DNA of 45,528 nt, from assembly GCA_937928475.1 (NCBI GenBank), contig CALFVE010000080.1, positions 1 to 45,528 on the forward strand, given 5' to 3'. Positions 9,346-18,490 of this stretch are shown piece by piece. Each line of letters starts with the position of its first letter. Within the stretch, counting starts at the first letter, position 1. The position numbers and the translations under genes were made by a program. Under the pieces are notes generated by a model that saw only the letters and a list, made by a program, of their open reading frames with translations, searched no databases and was not told the origin of the DNA. The stretch is from an uncultured bacterium (lineage in GTDB: Bacteria; Armatimonadota; Zipacnadia; Zipacnadales; Zipacnadaceae).

Positions 9346-10455
9346 ATGTTTGAGCGCCGCAGACCTCCGGTAGGAGCCGCTCCCGGAGAGATGGCCATGC
9401 CCGCAGATGAGCCTCCGCCCCGGCTGCTGCTCATGGACTATAACCCCGAGAACGTCATGGAGAAGGAACTCGCCAGTCCTGAGGAGGTGGTCTCCTATCT
9501 GGACGAGCACAGCGTCACCTGGCTGCACGTGCAGGGCCTCGGAGACGAGCGAGTCATCACGCGGCTCGGGGAGATCTTCAGCGTTGACGAACTGGCCCTG
9601 GCCGACGTGGTCAACACGCCTCAGCGCCCCAAAGCGGAGGTTGGCGAGAGCCAGGCCTTTGTAGTCCTACACGGTGTGCCGGGGTTCGACGCCGAGGATG
9701 TACAACCCCGGCAACTGAGCCTGTTCCTGGGCAGGAACTACCTGCTCAGTTTTGAGCAGGGCGCCGACCAGACCCTGGCCCCGGTGCGCAAGCGGCTGCG
9801 CTACACCGCCTGCCCGATCCGGGGCTGTGGACCGGATTACTTGCTCTACGCCATCTTGGACACTACGGTAGACGCTTACTTCCCGCTTCTGGAGCACTTT
9901 GGCGAGCGCCTGGAGGAGGTCGAGGTAGAAGCGGTGGAAGACCCGCGCCGAGAAGTGGTCAGCCGCATCTACGACTTGCGGCGGGCCCTGCTGACCCTGC
10001 GGCGCAGCATCTGGCCCCAGCGCCAGGTCGTCTCCGAACTGATCCGGGACGGCGCGCCTCTGCTCAGCGAGCAAGTGATCCGCCTACTGCACGACACCGA
10101 AGACCATCTGGTGGAGATCATCGAGGTCCTCGAGACCTACCAGGAGATCACCAGCGAACTGATGAACGCGTACCTGTCCAGCATCGCCAACAAGACGAAC
10201 GAGATCATGAAGGTGCTGACAATCATCGCCACCATCTTCATCCCCCTCACTTTCATCGTGGGCGTGTACGGGATGAACTTCCAGCCCGAGCCGCCGGCCC
10301 GCACCCTCCATCCCTGGAACATGCCGGAGTTATACTCGCCCTACGGGTATGTGGGGGTGTGGGTGGTGATGCTGGCGATTACCGGCTACATGCTCTGGCG
10401 ATTCTGGAGATTGGGGTGGTTGGGGGGAAGCGGCTGTGAAGGAAGGCGCAAGTAA
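9346..10455 (+). CDS. corA: Magnesium/cobalt transporter CorA
   Basis: C-terminal two TM helices with the GVYGMNF signature. Starts 2 nt after the recN stop. Confidence 0.9.
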   Translation: MFERRRPPVGAAPGEMAMPADEPPPRLLLMDYNPENVMEKELASPEEVVSYLDEHSVTWLHVQGLGDERVITRLGEIFSVDELALADVVNTPQRPKAEVGESQAFVVLHGVPGFDAEDVQPRQLSLFLGRNYLLSFEQGADQTLAPVRKRLRYTACPIRGCGPDYLLYAILDTTVDAYFPLLEHFGERLEEVEVEAVEDPRREVVSRIYDLRRALLTLRRSIWPQRQVVSELIRDGAPLLSEQVIRLLHDTEDHLVEIIEVLETYQEITSELMNAYLSSIANKTNEIMKVLTIIATIFIPLTFIVGVYGMNFQPEPPARTLHPWNMPELYSPYGYVGVWVVMLAITGYMLWRFWRLGWLGGSGCEGRRK

Positions 10456-10504
10456 GACAGGCGGCAAGCGTTGGTCTTGGGATTCGCGCCTACGGGGAGC
10501 CGGG

Positions 10505-12451
10505 TCACTCGATCACTAGCGCCCCGCTGATCGGGTAGAAGTAATGAATTACCGCCCAGGCCAGCAGGGTCACCCCGTTGCCCACAATCAGCCCCAGCAC
10601 GAGCGGCTGGTAGCGCTTGTAAGCGACAAAGCCTCCCGCCTTAAGCGCCAAGCGATGCAGCAGCCAGCCTAGCAGAAAAGAGAAGCCAAAGCGCTCGCTA
10701 ACGATGGAGGAGAAGGTGGCGGCCCAGGCCAGGGGATGGATAGGCCACCAGAGGTAGCGCACGTGCAGAAGGCTCAGCGCTAGCACTATCGCGGCTCCCA
10801 CTCCCATGTTGCCGTAGTGGCCGGCTGTGAAGACGGCCTCCGGGTTGTTCAGGCGATTGGCGATGCCGTACGGCAGGCCGGCTCCCGCTCCTCGCATCCA
10901 CCAGCCCAAGGCCGGGATGCCCCGTGAGTAGATGGAGTACAGGGCCGTGGGATGCGAGCCGACAATGCCCAAGGCCAGCGCCGCGCAGATGAGCAGAAGC
11001 GCATGCCGGGGGTGCAAGCGGCCCAGGTCGGCCAGTTTGTAGCCCTGAAAGATGCTGGCCAAGGTCAGGGAGGCGGTGTCGCCGTTGTGGAAGGAGACGG
11101 TAGCGAGCGCGGTAACATTGCGGGCGCCCAGGGTCAGAGGACCAAAGGCCTGGCTGATCAGTCCCTCGCTTCCTCCGAAGGGGGACCACACTGCATACAG
11201 CCCGGCTTCCGAGACCAGCCGGGCCACCACCAGCGCGCTGAGCAGGAAGAGACCGTGCGACAGCACGGCCAGCGGCCAGTCGGCTCCCAGCAGATGCATG
11301 AAGAACACCACGCCCAGGGTGGTAAGCACGAATCCCCAGAAGGCCAAGGGACCGGGCACTATCTCCTGCGCCTCGCCCTCCGAGGTCTGGTTGAGCGAAG
11401 GCGACCGTGACGGGTGCACCGCCCGCCGGTAGATCTCCCCCAGCGTGCCCCGTGCCTGCCAGATGGTGAGCAAACCCAGCAGCAGATAGGAGCCGATACC
11501 CATGTGCCGGAAGGCGGTCTCGTTCTCCGGCCGCCCCACTGCGCTTCTCGCCACCCGCAGGCCATACTTGAGCAGCCACAGTAGCCACAGGCTCAGGCTG
11601 ACGTCGGAAGGCAGAAGATAGGTGATGCCGATTACGTCAAAATAGAAGTTGCAGGCGATGCCGTTGAGGTGGTCCCAGGGACGGCCGCGAAAGGCGTTCT
11701 GCAGGTACCGGGGGTAGATATCCACCCCTCGGATCTGCGGGTAGTGGAAGTGCAGGCCGTTGAGGGAAAGAATCACCAGAGGAACAGCGAAGGCCAGCCA
11801 GAACCAGACGCTGCGAAAGGGGGCCGGGATGCGCTCCGCCCCCTGGTAGCGCGCGATCTGGAAAGGGATCTCCGCCAGGGGGAACAGCATGCGCTGGCGG
11901 TCCACCCATTGCCGCCGGAACAACCCGGCGAGGAAAACGTAGTTCAGAAAGAGCAGCAGGAAGAAAACGCTCCAGGCCGCCAGCGGCACTATCCAGGGCC
12001 GCCAGGGAATACTGGCCCCCGAAGGCATCCCCCAGAAGGCCCACTTGACCACGGGAGCCTCCGCGGAGAGCGAAGTGGTGCTCCAGGGCGGAATGTGCTC
12101 GAAGAACAGTTCCCGGAAGTGGTTCTCCGGGCTGGCGTAATGCGCCGGGCCGACCAGCGAGACGTAGAGGTAGGTTACCATCTGCTGGCCGGGGAAACCG
12201 GACATCACCAGCACTGCGATATACACGTAAAGCAGTTGCGCGGTGGGGAAGAGCCGCCGCCGCAGGAGGGCCACGCTGAGCAGATTAGCCAGGAGCAGCA
12301 GCACCACCGCGATCATCGCGGTGCGAGGGAGGTGCCCGAAGCCGATGAGGTCGTAGCGTACCAGGGCGGAGACGGCCCCGCCGGCGGCCACGCACAACAC
12401 GAAGAACAGGGCCACCACCGCGGTGCTTGTCTTCACGGGCTCGCGCTTCAT
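10505..12451 (-). CDS. Large polytopic integral membrane protein, function unknown
   Basis: 648 aa, more than 12 predicted hydrophobic segments, rich in W/F/L/G. Lies directly downstream of GH15 on the same strand. Confidence 0.7.
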   Translation of the reverse strand: MKREPVKTSTAVVALFFVLCVAAGGAVSALVRYDLIGFGHLPRTAMIAVVLLLLANLLSVALLRRRLFPTAQLLYVYIAVLVMSGFPGQQMVTYLYVSLVGPAHYASPENHFRELFFEHIPPWSTTSLSAEAPVVKWAFWGMPSGASIPWRPWIVPLAAWSVFFLLLFLNYVFLAGLFRRQWVDRQRMLFPLAEIPFQIARYQGAERIPAPFRSVWFWLAFAVPLVILSLNGLHFHYPQIRGVDIYPRYLQNAFRGRPWDHLNGIACNFYFDVIGITYLLPSDVSLSLWLLWLLKYGLRVARSAVGRPENETAFRHMGIGSYLLLGLLTIWQARGTLGEIYRRAVHPSRSPSLNQTSEGEAQEIVPGPLAFWGFVLTTLGVVFFMHLLGADWPLAVLSHGLFLLSALVVARLVSEAGLYAVWSPFGGSEGLISQAFGPLTLGARNVTALATVSFHNGDTASLTLASIFQGYKLADLGRLHPRHALLLICAALALGIVGSHPTALYSIYSRGIPALGWWMRGAGAGLPYGIANRLNNPEAVFTAGHYGNMGVGAAIVLALSLLHVRYLWWPIHPLAWAATFSSIVSERFGFSFLLGWLLHRLALKAGGFVAYKRYQPLVLGLIVGNGVTLLAWAVIHYFYPISGALVIE

Positions 12452-12553
12452 GCGGTTATGTTGCAGGGGAGATGGGCTTGGGCCGCCGATCGCGGCAAGG
12501 GTTCGCCGCGGAGGTCGGGAGAACCTGCGTGGGAGAAGCGAGGCACAAGGTAA

Positions 12554-14485
12554 CTAGCTGGCCTCGCCGAGAGCCGCCAGTTCCAGCAGGCAGTCCACGA
12601 GCAAGGCGGAGGCCCAGGCGTGGGGAGCGGCCCAGTAGGGGGTGTCGGGCTGCAGGCCAATGATTTCGGGGAGCAGTCCGGTCGGGGTGGTGTGAGCGAG
12701 GCAGAAGTCCAGGTCCGCCCGGCCCTGCTCCCGGTGTGCTTCGCTGCGGGAGCGGTCCTCCTCTTTCCAGGCAGCCGCCAGTTTGAGACTCACCAGCGCC
12801 GCCCAGAGCGTATTGACGCACCCGATCGCCCCGCCCAGGTAACCGTCGCCCTCAAAGCGGCGCAAGCCCCGCCCACTACCCAGGTCCTGGCTGAGCCGTC
12901 GGCGGATGGTCGCTAGATTGCTCTCCGCCATCGCCCGCTCCGAGGAATCGCGCAGGTCCAGCACCCCGAAGGGCGCGACCAGGCCCAGTGTCGAGCTATC
13001 CACTGACAGGTCCACGTGCCCGTCGGCGTGGAGCCCACGGGGGAAGTACTCGCCGGTGTACAAAGTAAGGACTCGCTGACGCATTTGGCTGTGCAATTGG
13101 CTCCAGTGTGCGGCTAGGTCCGGGCGACCGTGCCGGCTTGCGCAGGAGGCGGCCTCCTGCAAGGCGCAGGCTAGCGCCGCATTGCTGAAGACGAAACTCC
13201 CGCAGTAGGTCTCCCACAGATCGCAGGCCTGGGCGTGCCAGCCCTCCTCGATCTTGCCCGCGATGGCCTCCGCGCCCCGGGTGACTGCTTCGCCCAGAGC
13301 CTGGCGACGCCGACCGTCGGTCTCGTCCTGTGCGGCTTGGCAGAGGGTAAGCAGGGCCGCGCCGCACTGGTCAATTTGCAGGAAGTCCTCCCGCAGGGCC
13401 CAGGAAGCCGCCAGTTGCCCCTCCGACCAGTAGCGCTGGCCCCAGATACCGCTAGGCAACTGATGGCGAACGTACCAGTCGGCCAGGCGGGCAGTGTACT
13501 CGGGATAGCCGGCCCGATGCAGGGAAGCCGCCGCCCAGGAGGCGTCGCGAGGCCAGCAGTAACCGTAACCGCCGGAGCGCTCATAGGCCGGGTCAAACTC
13601 CGGCGCCGCCAGGATGGCCCCGGTCTGGCTGTCTATGAGGAGGCGCAGAGCCAGCAGGGCTCGGCGGTAGGCCTGGTCGAGGGGCGGCTCTAGCGACAGG
13701 TCCCGGCCCTGGGCCAACCACTGGCGGCTGTCCTCTACCGCCGCGTTCCGCAGGCCGCCGAAGCCCTGTTGGGCGAGGTCCCGGATGTGGCGCGAGGTAC
13801 GCTGCGGGTTCTGCTCAGCGCAGAGCAGCAGGTCCAGGTCGCGCTCCTCGCCGGGGGCCAGATCGAGCCGCCAACCCAGGGCGAAGTCCACCTGCCCGAT
13901 GTCCTCCGGCTGGCCGTTGAGGTGGCCATCGTAGAGGTCCGACTTGGCCGACTGCGGTGAAGTCGGGTCCAGGGATTTGCCGCAGCGCCACATGTCCGGT
14001 CGGGTCCCGCCGACGGCGATCACCGTATCGCGGAAATACTGCACCACGTCCCCGTGCTGCGGCTCCCAGCGCACGGCCTGCTTGCCGGAGACCTCCCCCA
14101 AGCGCAAGTCGAAGTAGTGGAGAAAGGCGCCCCGAAAGCGCCCGTCTCCGGTGTTGGTTACGTGCACGCGTCGGACTAGCGCGGTGGTCTCCGGCGGGCA
14201 GAAGTCTTCGAAGACTACGCGCAGCGGCGGCGTCACCAGGTTGAGTTCGGTGCGGACGAGGTTAGTGTCCGGCTCATAGGCTTGCCGCCGGCGGAAAGCG
14301 GGATCAAAGGTCCAGTGAAAGAGCCCGTGGCCAGGATCACCGATGTACAGGGCCGGCAAGGCCTCGCGTACGTTCTGGGCAAAGTCCAGGTGGGGGTAGA
14401 AGAAGGCCATGATCTCGCCGGAGCCCCCCAAGGTGGCGAGGACACGCCCGTTTCCTACGGCAGCAGTCGGGAGGTAGACGGCCAT
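12554..14485 (-). CDS. Glycoside hydrolase family 15 (glucoamylase/glucodextranase/trehalase-like)
   Basis: 643 aa. N-terminal beta-sandwich region (AAVGNGRVLATLGGSGEIMAFFYPHLD) plus an (alpha/alpha)6 region with GYGYCWPRDASW, typical of bacterial/archaeal GH15. Confidence 0.85.
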   Translation of the reverse strand: MAVYLPTAAVGNGRVLATLGGSGEIMAFFYPHLDFAQNVREALPALYIGDPGHGLFHWTFDPAFRRRQAYEPDTNLVRTELNLVTPPLRVVFEDFCPPETTALVRRVHVTNTGDGRFRGAFLHYFDLRLGEVSGKQAVRWEPQHGDVVQYFRDTVIAVGGTRPDMWRCGKSLDPTSPQSAKSDLYDGHLNGQPEDIGQVDFALGWRLDLAPGEERDLDLLLCAEQNPQRTSRHIRDLAQQGFGGLRNAAVEDSRQWLAQGRDLSLEPPLDQAYRRALLALRLLIDSQTGAILAAPEFDPAYERSGGYGYCWPRDASWAAASLHRAGYPEYTARLADWYVRHQLPSGIWGQRYWSEGQLAASWALREDFLQIDQCGAALLTLCQAAQDETDGRRRQALGEAVTRGAEAIAGKIEEGWHAQACDLWETYCGSFVFSNAALACALQEAASCASRHGRPDLAAHWSQLHSQMRQRVLTLYTGEYFPRGLHADGHVDLSVDSSTLGLVAPFGVLDLRDSSERAMAESNLATIRRRLSQDLGSGRGLRRFEGDGYLGGAIGCVNTLWAALVSLKLAAAWKEEDRSRSEAHREQGRADLDFCLAHTTPTGLLPEIIGLQPDTPYWAAPHAWASALLVDCLLELAALGEAS

Positions 14486-14493
14486 GATTGCCT

Positions 14494-15441
14494 TTAGCCG
14501 CGATCGGCAACTACGGGGTTGGTCAGCCGGCCCACCAGATCGAGTTCGACCGTGACCACGTCTCCTTCCTGCAGGTGGACGCCCCGGGCCATGCCGACTC
14601 CAGCGGGAGTGCCCATCGAGATCACGTCGCCGGGGCGCAAAGTGACGATACTGGATATGTACGATACCACCTCGGGCACCTTGAAAATCATTTCGCTGGT
14701 GTTGGCCTCCTGCATCACTTGCCGGTTGAGTTCCAGGCGCAGATTCAGGTTGTTGAGGTCCGGCACCTCACTGAGCGGCACCGCGCAGGGGCCCATCGGC
14801 GCGCTGGTGTCCGTCCATTTGCCGTTGAGCCAGTCGAACCACTTGTACTTCTCGCGATACTGGCCTCGGTCCCAGACGCTGAGTTGGCGCTCGGAGACAT
14901 CGTTGAAGGCGGTGATGCCGCCGACGTGCGTGAGGGCATCTTCCGGCGGTATGTAGCGGCCCGGCTTGCCGATGATGACCGCCATCTCCGCCTCGTAGTC
15001 GAGGAAGGTCGCGGTCTTGGCAATCACGATAGGGTCTCCGTCGGCGATGACGCAGTCCTCCGAGGGCTTCATAAACACGCGAGGCCCGCCCCGCCATTCC
15101 TGCTCCATCGAGGCAGCGAGCGACCCCTGGCTGCCCTCCGCGATGTGCGAGAGGTAGTTGCCGGCCAGCGCGAAGAGCTTGCCCGGCCGTGGGACCGGAG
15201 GCAGAAGGTGCACGGCCTCGCGCGGCACCGGCTCCACCGCGCCGGCCTCGACCAGTTCCCCCGCCGTTTCCACCAGCGCCGGATCGCTGAGAACGGCGAC
15301 CACGTCGGGGAACCGCCCGGCCAGGGTCTGTCCCGAGCGCGTGGCGGCGACGGTGAGGTCTACAATCCCGGCCTCGGTCCAGACACCGCAATGCATCGGC
15401 TGGCCGGGGCCAGGCAGGAAGTTGACCAGGCGCAGGGGCAT
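14494..15441 (-). CDS. Fumarylacetoacetate hydrolase (FAH) family protein
   Basis: FAH-fold motifs (PRVFMKPSEDCVI..., DYEAEMAVIIGKPG, FNDVSERQ, GDVISMGTPAGVG). Start moved to ATG 15441 (MPLRLVNF), which has AAGGTGA upstream. The 73 upstream codons of the ORF track look non-coding. Confidence 0.85.
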   Translation of the reverse strand: MPLRLVNFLPGPGQPMHCGVWTEAGIVDLTVAATRSGQTLAGRFPDVVAVLSDPALVETAGELVEAGAVEPVPREAVHLLPPVPRPGKLFALAGNYLSHIAEGSQGSLAASMEQEWRGGPRVFMKPSEDCVIADGDPIVIAKTATFLDYEAEMAVIIGKPGRYIPPEDALTHVGGITAFNDVSERQLSVWDRGQYREKYKWFDWLNGKWTDTSAPMGPCAVPLSEVPDLNNLNLRLELNRQVMQEANTSEMIFKVPEVVSYISSIVTLRPGDVISMGTPAGVGMARGVHLQEGDVVTVELDLVGRLTNPVVADRG

Positions 15442-15455
15442 GGCATCACCTTGGG

Positions 15456-15490
15456 GAAGTCGGAAGTCGCAAGTCGGAAGTCGAAAGCCG
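15456..15490 (-). repeat. Heptamer tandem repeat in the FAH-gene 5' leader
   Basis: Plus strand: GAAGTCG GAAGTCG CAAGTCG GAAGTCG AAAGCCG. Minus strand: CGACTTC-type units ending 14 nt upstream of ATG 15441. Confidence 0.6.
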
Positions 15491-15687
15491 CAGAGCGATT
15501 TGCGGCGACGGTCATAGTAGCAACTGTGAGGGAGAAGTGTCAAACTCGGGCAGCGCGTCTGCACCAAATCCGGCCTGCTCTCGTTGCGTTGGCCGGCCGG
15601 GTGTGCTGCGCTCGTCCCGCGCCTCCCTGGGGCCGCGGACAAACGGAGGTCACAGACCACCGAGACGACCGCCGCACACGGCGCCCG

Positions 15688-16260
15688 CTACCGCACCTCC
15701 TCTGGAGGCATGGTGATCTCCTCCCCGGTCGCTAGGTCCCACCAGTGGGGTACGCCGTCGAGGAGCGCGGCGCAGGTGCGACGGCGCAGGCTCTGGTCCT
15801 TGCTGAGGGGGTAGGTCGTTGTGCCCGGGTTGAGGTGAATGGTGTGGCCCCGCCGGCGGTAAGCCGGCACATGCGTATGCCCGGAGAGCACAAAGTCCAG
15901 CCGCCACTTCTCGCCCAGCGCGAGCAGGTCGTCGGGGGTGAAGAGGTGCCCGTGCGTCGCCAGCAGACGTAGGCCCTCGGCCTGGGCGAAGACGTACGGC
16001 TGCTGGATGGGCATCTCCAGCACCAGTTGATCTACCTCGGAGTCAGCGTTGCCTTTGGCCACCAGCAGCGGGATCGGGCACTCATTGAGCCGCTGGGCCA
16101 GGGCGCCGGCGTCATAGCCCGCCTCGGGCTTGAACTTGGGGCCGTGATAAAGCAGGTCGCCGCAATGGATGATCAGGTCGCAGTCATGCAAAATTAGGTC
16201 CCAGGCTTGCTCCCAGGCTCTGAGATTGCCATGGGTGTCGGAGACTAGGCCGATTTTCAT
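15688..16260 (-). CDS. Metallophosphoesterase, YfcE/MJ0936-like
   Basis: MKIGLVSDTHGN, GDLLYHG, GNADS, THGH and SGHTHVP motifs in the canonical order. Confidence 0.85.
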   Translation of the reverse strand: MKIGLVSDTHGNLRAWEQAWDLILHDCDLIIHCGDLLYHGPKFKPEAGYDAGALAQRLNECPIPLLVAKGNADSEVDQLVLEMPIQQPYVFAQAEGLRLLATHGHLFTPDDLLALGEKWRLDFVLSGHTHVPAYRRRGHTIHLNPGTTTYPLSKDQSLRRRTCAALLDGVPHWWDLATGEEITMPPEEVR

Positions 16261-16338
16261 TTCTAGTTCCCTCGCAGAAGTCGCGCGTCGCGGGTCACGC
16301 GCCGCGGGTGGAGTGATGGGTACCTCTGTGCAGGCTGA

Positions 16339-18390
16339 CTATTCGTGGGGCCTCTCGGGTGGTCGGCGGGCGAAAACATACACGTCCGGGTGGTCGAAGA
16401 GGCGGAAGGTTGGCTCGGAGCCGCGGTCGGAGAAGGTCCAGATAAACAGACGCGGCTCCGGAGCGAAGGCTGCCACCGGATCGAAACCCGCCCGACCCGA
16501 GAAAAGCAGCGCGTAAAACGGGAACTGCACCGGGAAACCGCTGGCGACCGGGGCCATCCGCTCCCGCCGCAGGCCGGTGAGGACCACGTAGTCGGCCCAG
16601 GTGAAATGCGAGAGCAGATATTGTTCCTTGGCGGCCCGGACCTCCGTGGGCAGGGGCAGGCCGAGGTAATCGTGCTCCAGGTAGTGCGGGTCATAAACCC
16701 GGACCTGATACTGGAAGAGGCCTTGCCACAGCGCCAGACCCGCCGCGCCCCAGGCGTCGTCTTCCTCGACTACAATCTTGCTTCCGGCGGGAGCGTGCTG
16801 CTGCACCCAGGCCAGAGCCTGCAAGCGGCTGTCGGGCTGCGCGTACAGGCTCAGATAGGCCAGGCACCAAAGCAGGGAGCCGACCAGTGTGGCCACCGCA
16901 ACCAGCGCTCCCACTGCCCGCCAAGCCCGGAAGCGGCTGAGCGCCCAGGCCTCCAGCATCCCGCCCGCCAGCAGGCAGAAAATGGGCATCTGCGGCAGGA
17001 CGTAGCGCATCATCTTGACCCAGGCGGTGCCTGTATTCGCGAACAGGATGAGCAGGGCGGCGAGGGGGACCCAGACCGGCCCCGCACGCCGGGCCAGGAG
17101 AAGCACGAACCAGTAGACCGAAGCCAGCAGGGCCACAGCCATCAGCGGCCAGCCCAGGGCGTAGGGGTAGACGTGCCGGAACTGATAGACCGACGGCGTG
17201 GTGCCGACGAACTGAAAGGTGAAAGCGAAGGGGAGGTTACGGTTGGCGCCGCCGACGATAAGCAGGCTAGACAGAACCGAATCGCGGGCACCGGGCAGCC
17301 AGTAGGCGCGGGGCTGGAGCACACTGCACGGGTTGACGAGAACGAAAACCCCAGCCGCTACGAGAAGCAGGGCCACGGGCTGCGCGAGCCGCCGCCAGAG
17401 GGCGCTAACCGCTCGCCGGCCACGAGGCAAGAGGGCAGAGATGAGTCCGGCGAGGACCAGCAGGCCCATGAGTACCATGACTTTGTCGAACATCCCCGCG
17501 ATCGCCGCCACCATTGCCTCCGCCTGGCGCTGCCAGAAAAGGGGGGCGTGGCCGGTGGCGGCGAGATCCCCGGCGCGGGAGGTCAGGTGCTCCTGAGCCA
17601 GCGCGGCAAGGCGCCCGTGGACCTCGCCACGCAGGGCCAGTCCGCCGGCTGCCGCAAGCAAGAGCAGCAGAAGTATGGTCCGCGCCGCCGTGGGGCGGGC
17701 CGACTCGTTGCGGCCCTCGCGGGCAGCGGCCAGCGCCCACACCAGCAGGGGAATCGGTGCGAGCAGCGCCGCCGAGACCTTCACCGAGAGCGCCAGCCCT
17801 AACCCAACGCCGCACCACAGATAACTGCGCCAGCCGGAGTGCTCCGCCGCCCGCAGCGCCAGCCAGAGCAGGACTAATATAGTGAGGGTACCCACAGAAT
17901 CAACGGTGAAAAAATGCGCCTCGCGCACGGAGAGAAGGGTCGCCGCGTAGAGGCCAGCGCTGAGCAGCCGGCTTAGGGGGCCAAACAAGCGGCGGGCAAG
18001 CAGATAGACGAACAGGATGCTGGCCGCATCCGACAGCGCCGAGACCGCCCGACCCAGGAGCAGCGCGAGGTCGCCAGTGTTCACAGTCACGCCCAGCGCC
18101 GGCAGCAGAGCCGACGCGGGCGCCAGTAGCACCCAAAGGAGGAAGTAGGGGAGATTGCCGTAGTTGCTGCGGTCGGCGCAGGGCAGGCCCGTCTCGGCCA
18201 GGTGCCGGCCCAGGCTCAGGGCATTGCCCAGGGTGGAGTTTTCGTCACAGTGCAGATGCGCGGGATAGCCCCAGTCGAGGCCGTACAGGCGCAGCGCTAG
18301 GCCGCCGGCCATGATTAGCGCGAGGCACACGGGTTCGCCGCGCCAGCGGCGGGAGGCCACGGTCGTGGATCTCCGCGACATAGACACCAT
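16339..18390 (-). CDS. Membrane glycosyltransferase, GT39/ArnT-PMT-like (GT-C fold)
   Basis: 683 aa, many TM segments. N-terminal LRLYGLDWGYPAHLHCDE pattern and a soluble C-terminal domain, as in dolichyl/undecaprenyl-phosphate-sugar-dependent GT-C enzymes. Confidence 0.7.
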   Translation of the reverse strand: MVSMSRRSTTVASRRWRGEPVCLALIMAGGLALRLYGLDWGYPAHLHCDENSTLGNALSLGRHLAETGLPCADRSNYGNLPYFLLWVLLAPASALLPALGVTVNTGDLALLLGRAVSALSDAASILFVYLLARRLFGPLSRLLSAGLYAATLLSVREAHFFTVDSVGTLTILVLLWLALRAAEHSGWRSYLWCGVGLGLALSVKVSAALLAPIPLLVWALAAAREGRNESARPTAARTILLLLLLAAAGGLALRGEVHGRLAALAQEHLTSRAGDLAATGHAPLFWQRQAEAMVAAIAGMFDKVMVLMGLLVLAGLISALLPRGRRAVSALWRRLAQPVALLLVAAGVFVLVNPCSVLQPRAYWLPGARDSVLSSLLIVGGANRNLPFAFTFQFVGTTPSVYQFRHVYPYALGWPLMAVALLASVYWFVLLLARRAGPVWVPLAALLILFANTGTAWVKMMRYVLPQMPIFCLLAGGMLEAWALSRFRAWRAVGALVAVATLVGSLLWCLAYLSLYAQPDSRLQALAWVQQHAPAGSKIVVEEDDAWGAAGLALWQGLFQYQVRVYDPHYLEHDYLGLPLPTEVRAAKEQYLLSHFTWADYVVLTGLRRERMAPVASGFPVQFPFYALLFSGRAGFDPVAAFAPEPRLFIWTFSDRGSEPTFRLFDHPDVYVFARRPPERPHE

Positions 18391-18490
18391 TTCGCGACGC
18401 GAGAGGAGAAGACCTTGCCTTGCCGCCCAGGCGTAGATCCGCGTGGCTGCCTTCGCCAGGCAACCTGCCGCCTGGTATAATGCAGCCGTT

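Noticed and set aside
10478-10500. GGATTCGCGCCTACGGGGA between corA and the membrane protein gene, which resembles AGATCCGCCCCTACGGGAA at the edge of repeat copy 2.
   Set aside because: The similarity is short (~19 nt, several mismatches) and there is no matching hairpin partner. It could be chance at this GC content.
15456-15490. Possibility that the short tandem repeats represent a CRISPR array or minisatellite locus.
   Set aside because: The units are 7-12 nt and contiguous without spacers. No cas genes are present. This is far below CRISPR repeat and spacer dimensions.
15442-15660. N-terminal extensions offered by the ORF track. Examples are FAH 15660, panE-like 35124, folD 43973, opine DH 40438, metF 41463, the GT-B-like gene 24104 and the TPR protein 4906.
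   Set aside because: The extensions lack family similarity, overlap upstream genes or repeats, and bypass internal start codons that have proper SD spacing and give canonical family N-termini.
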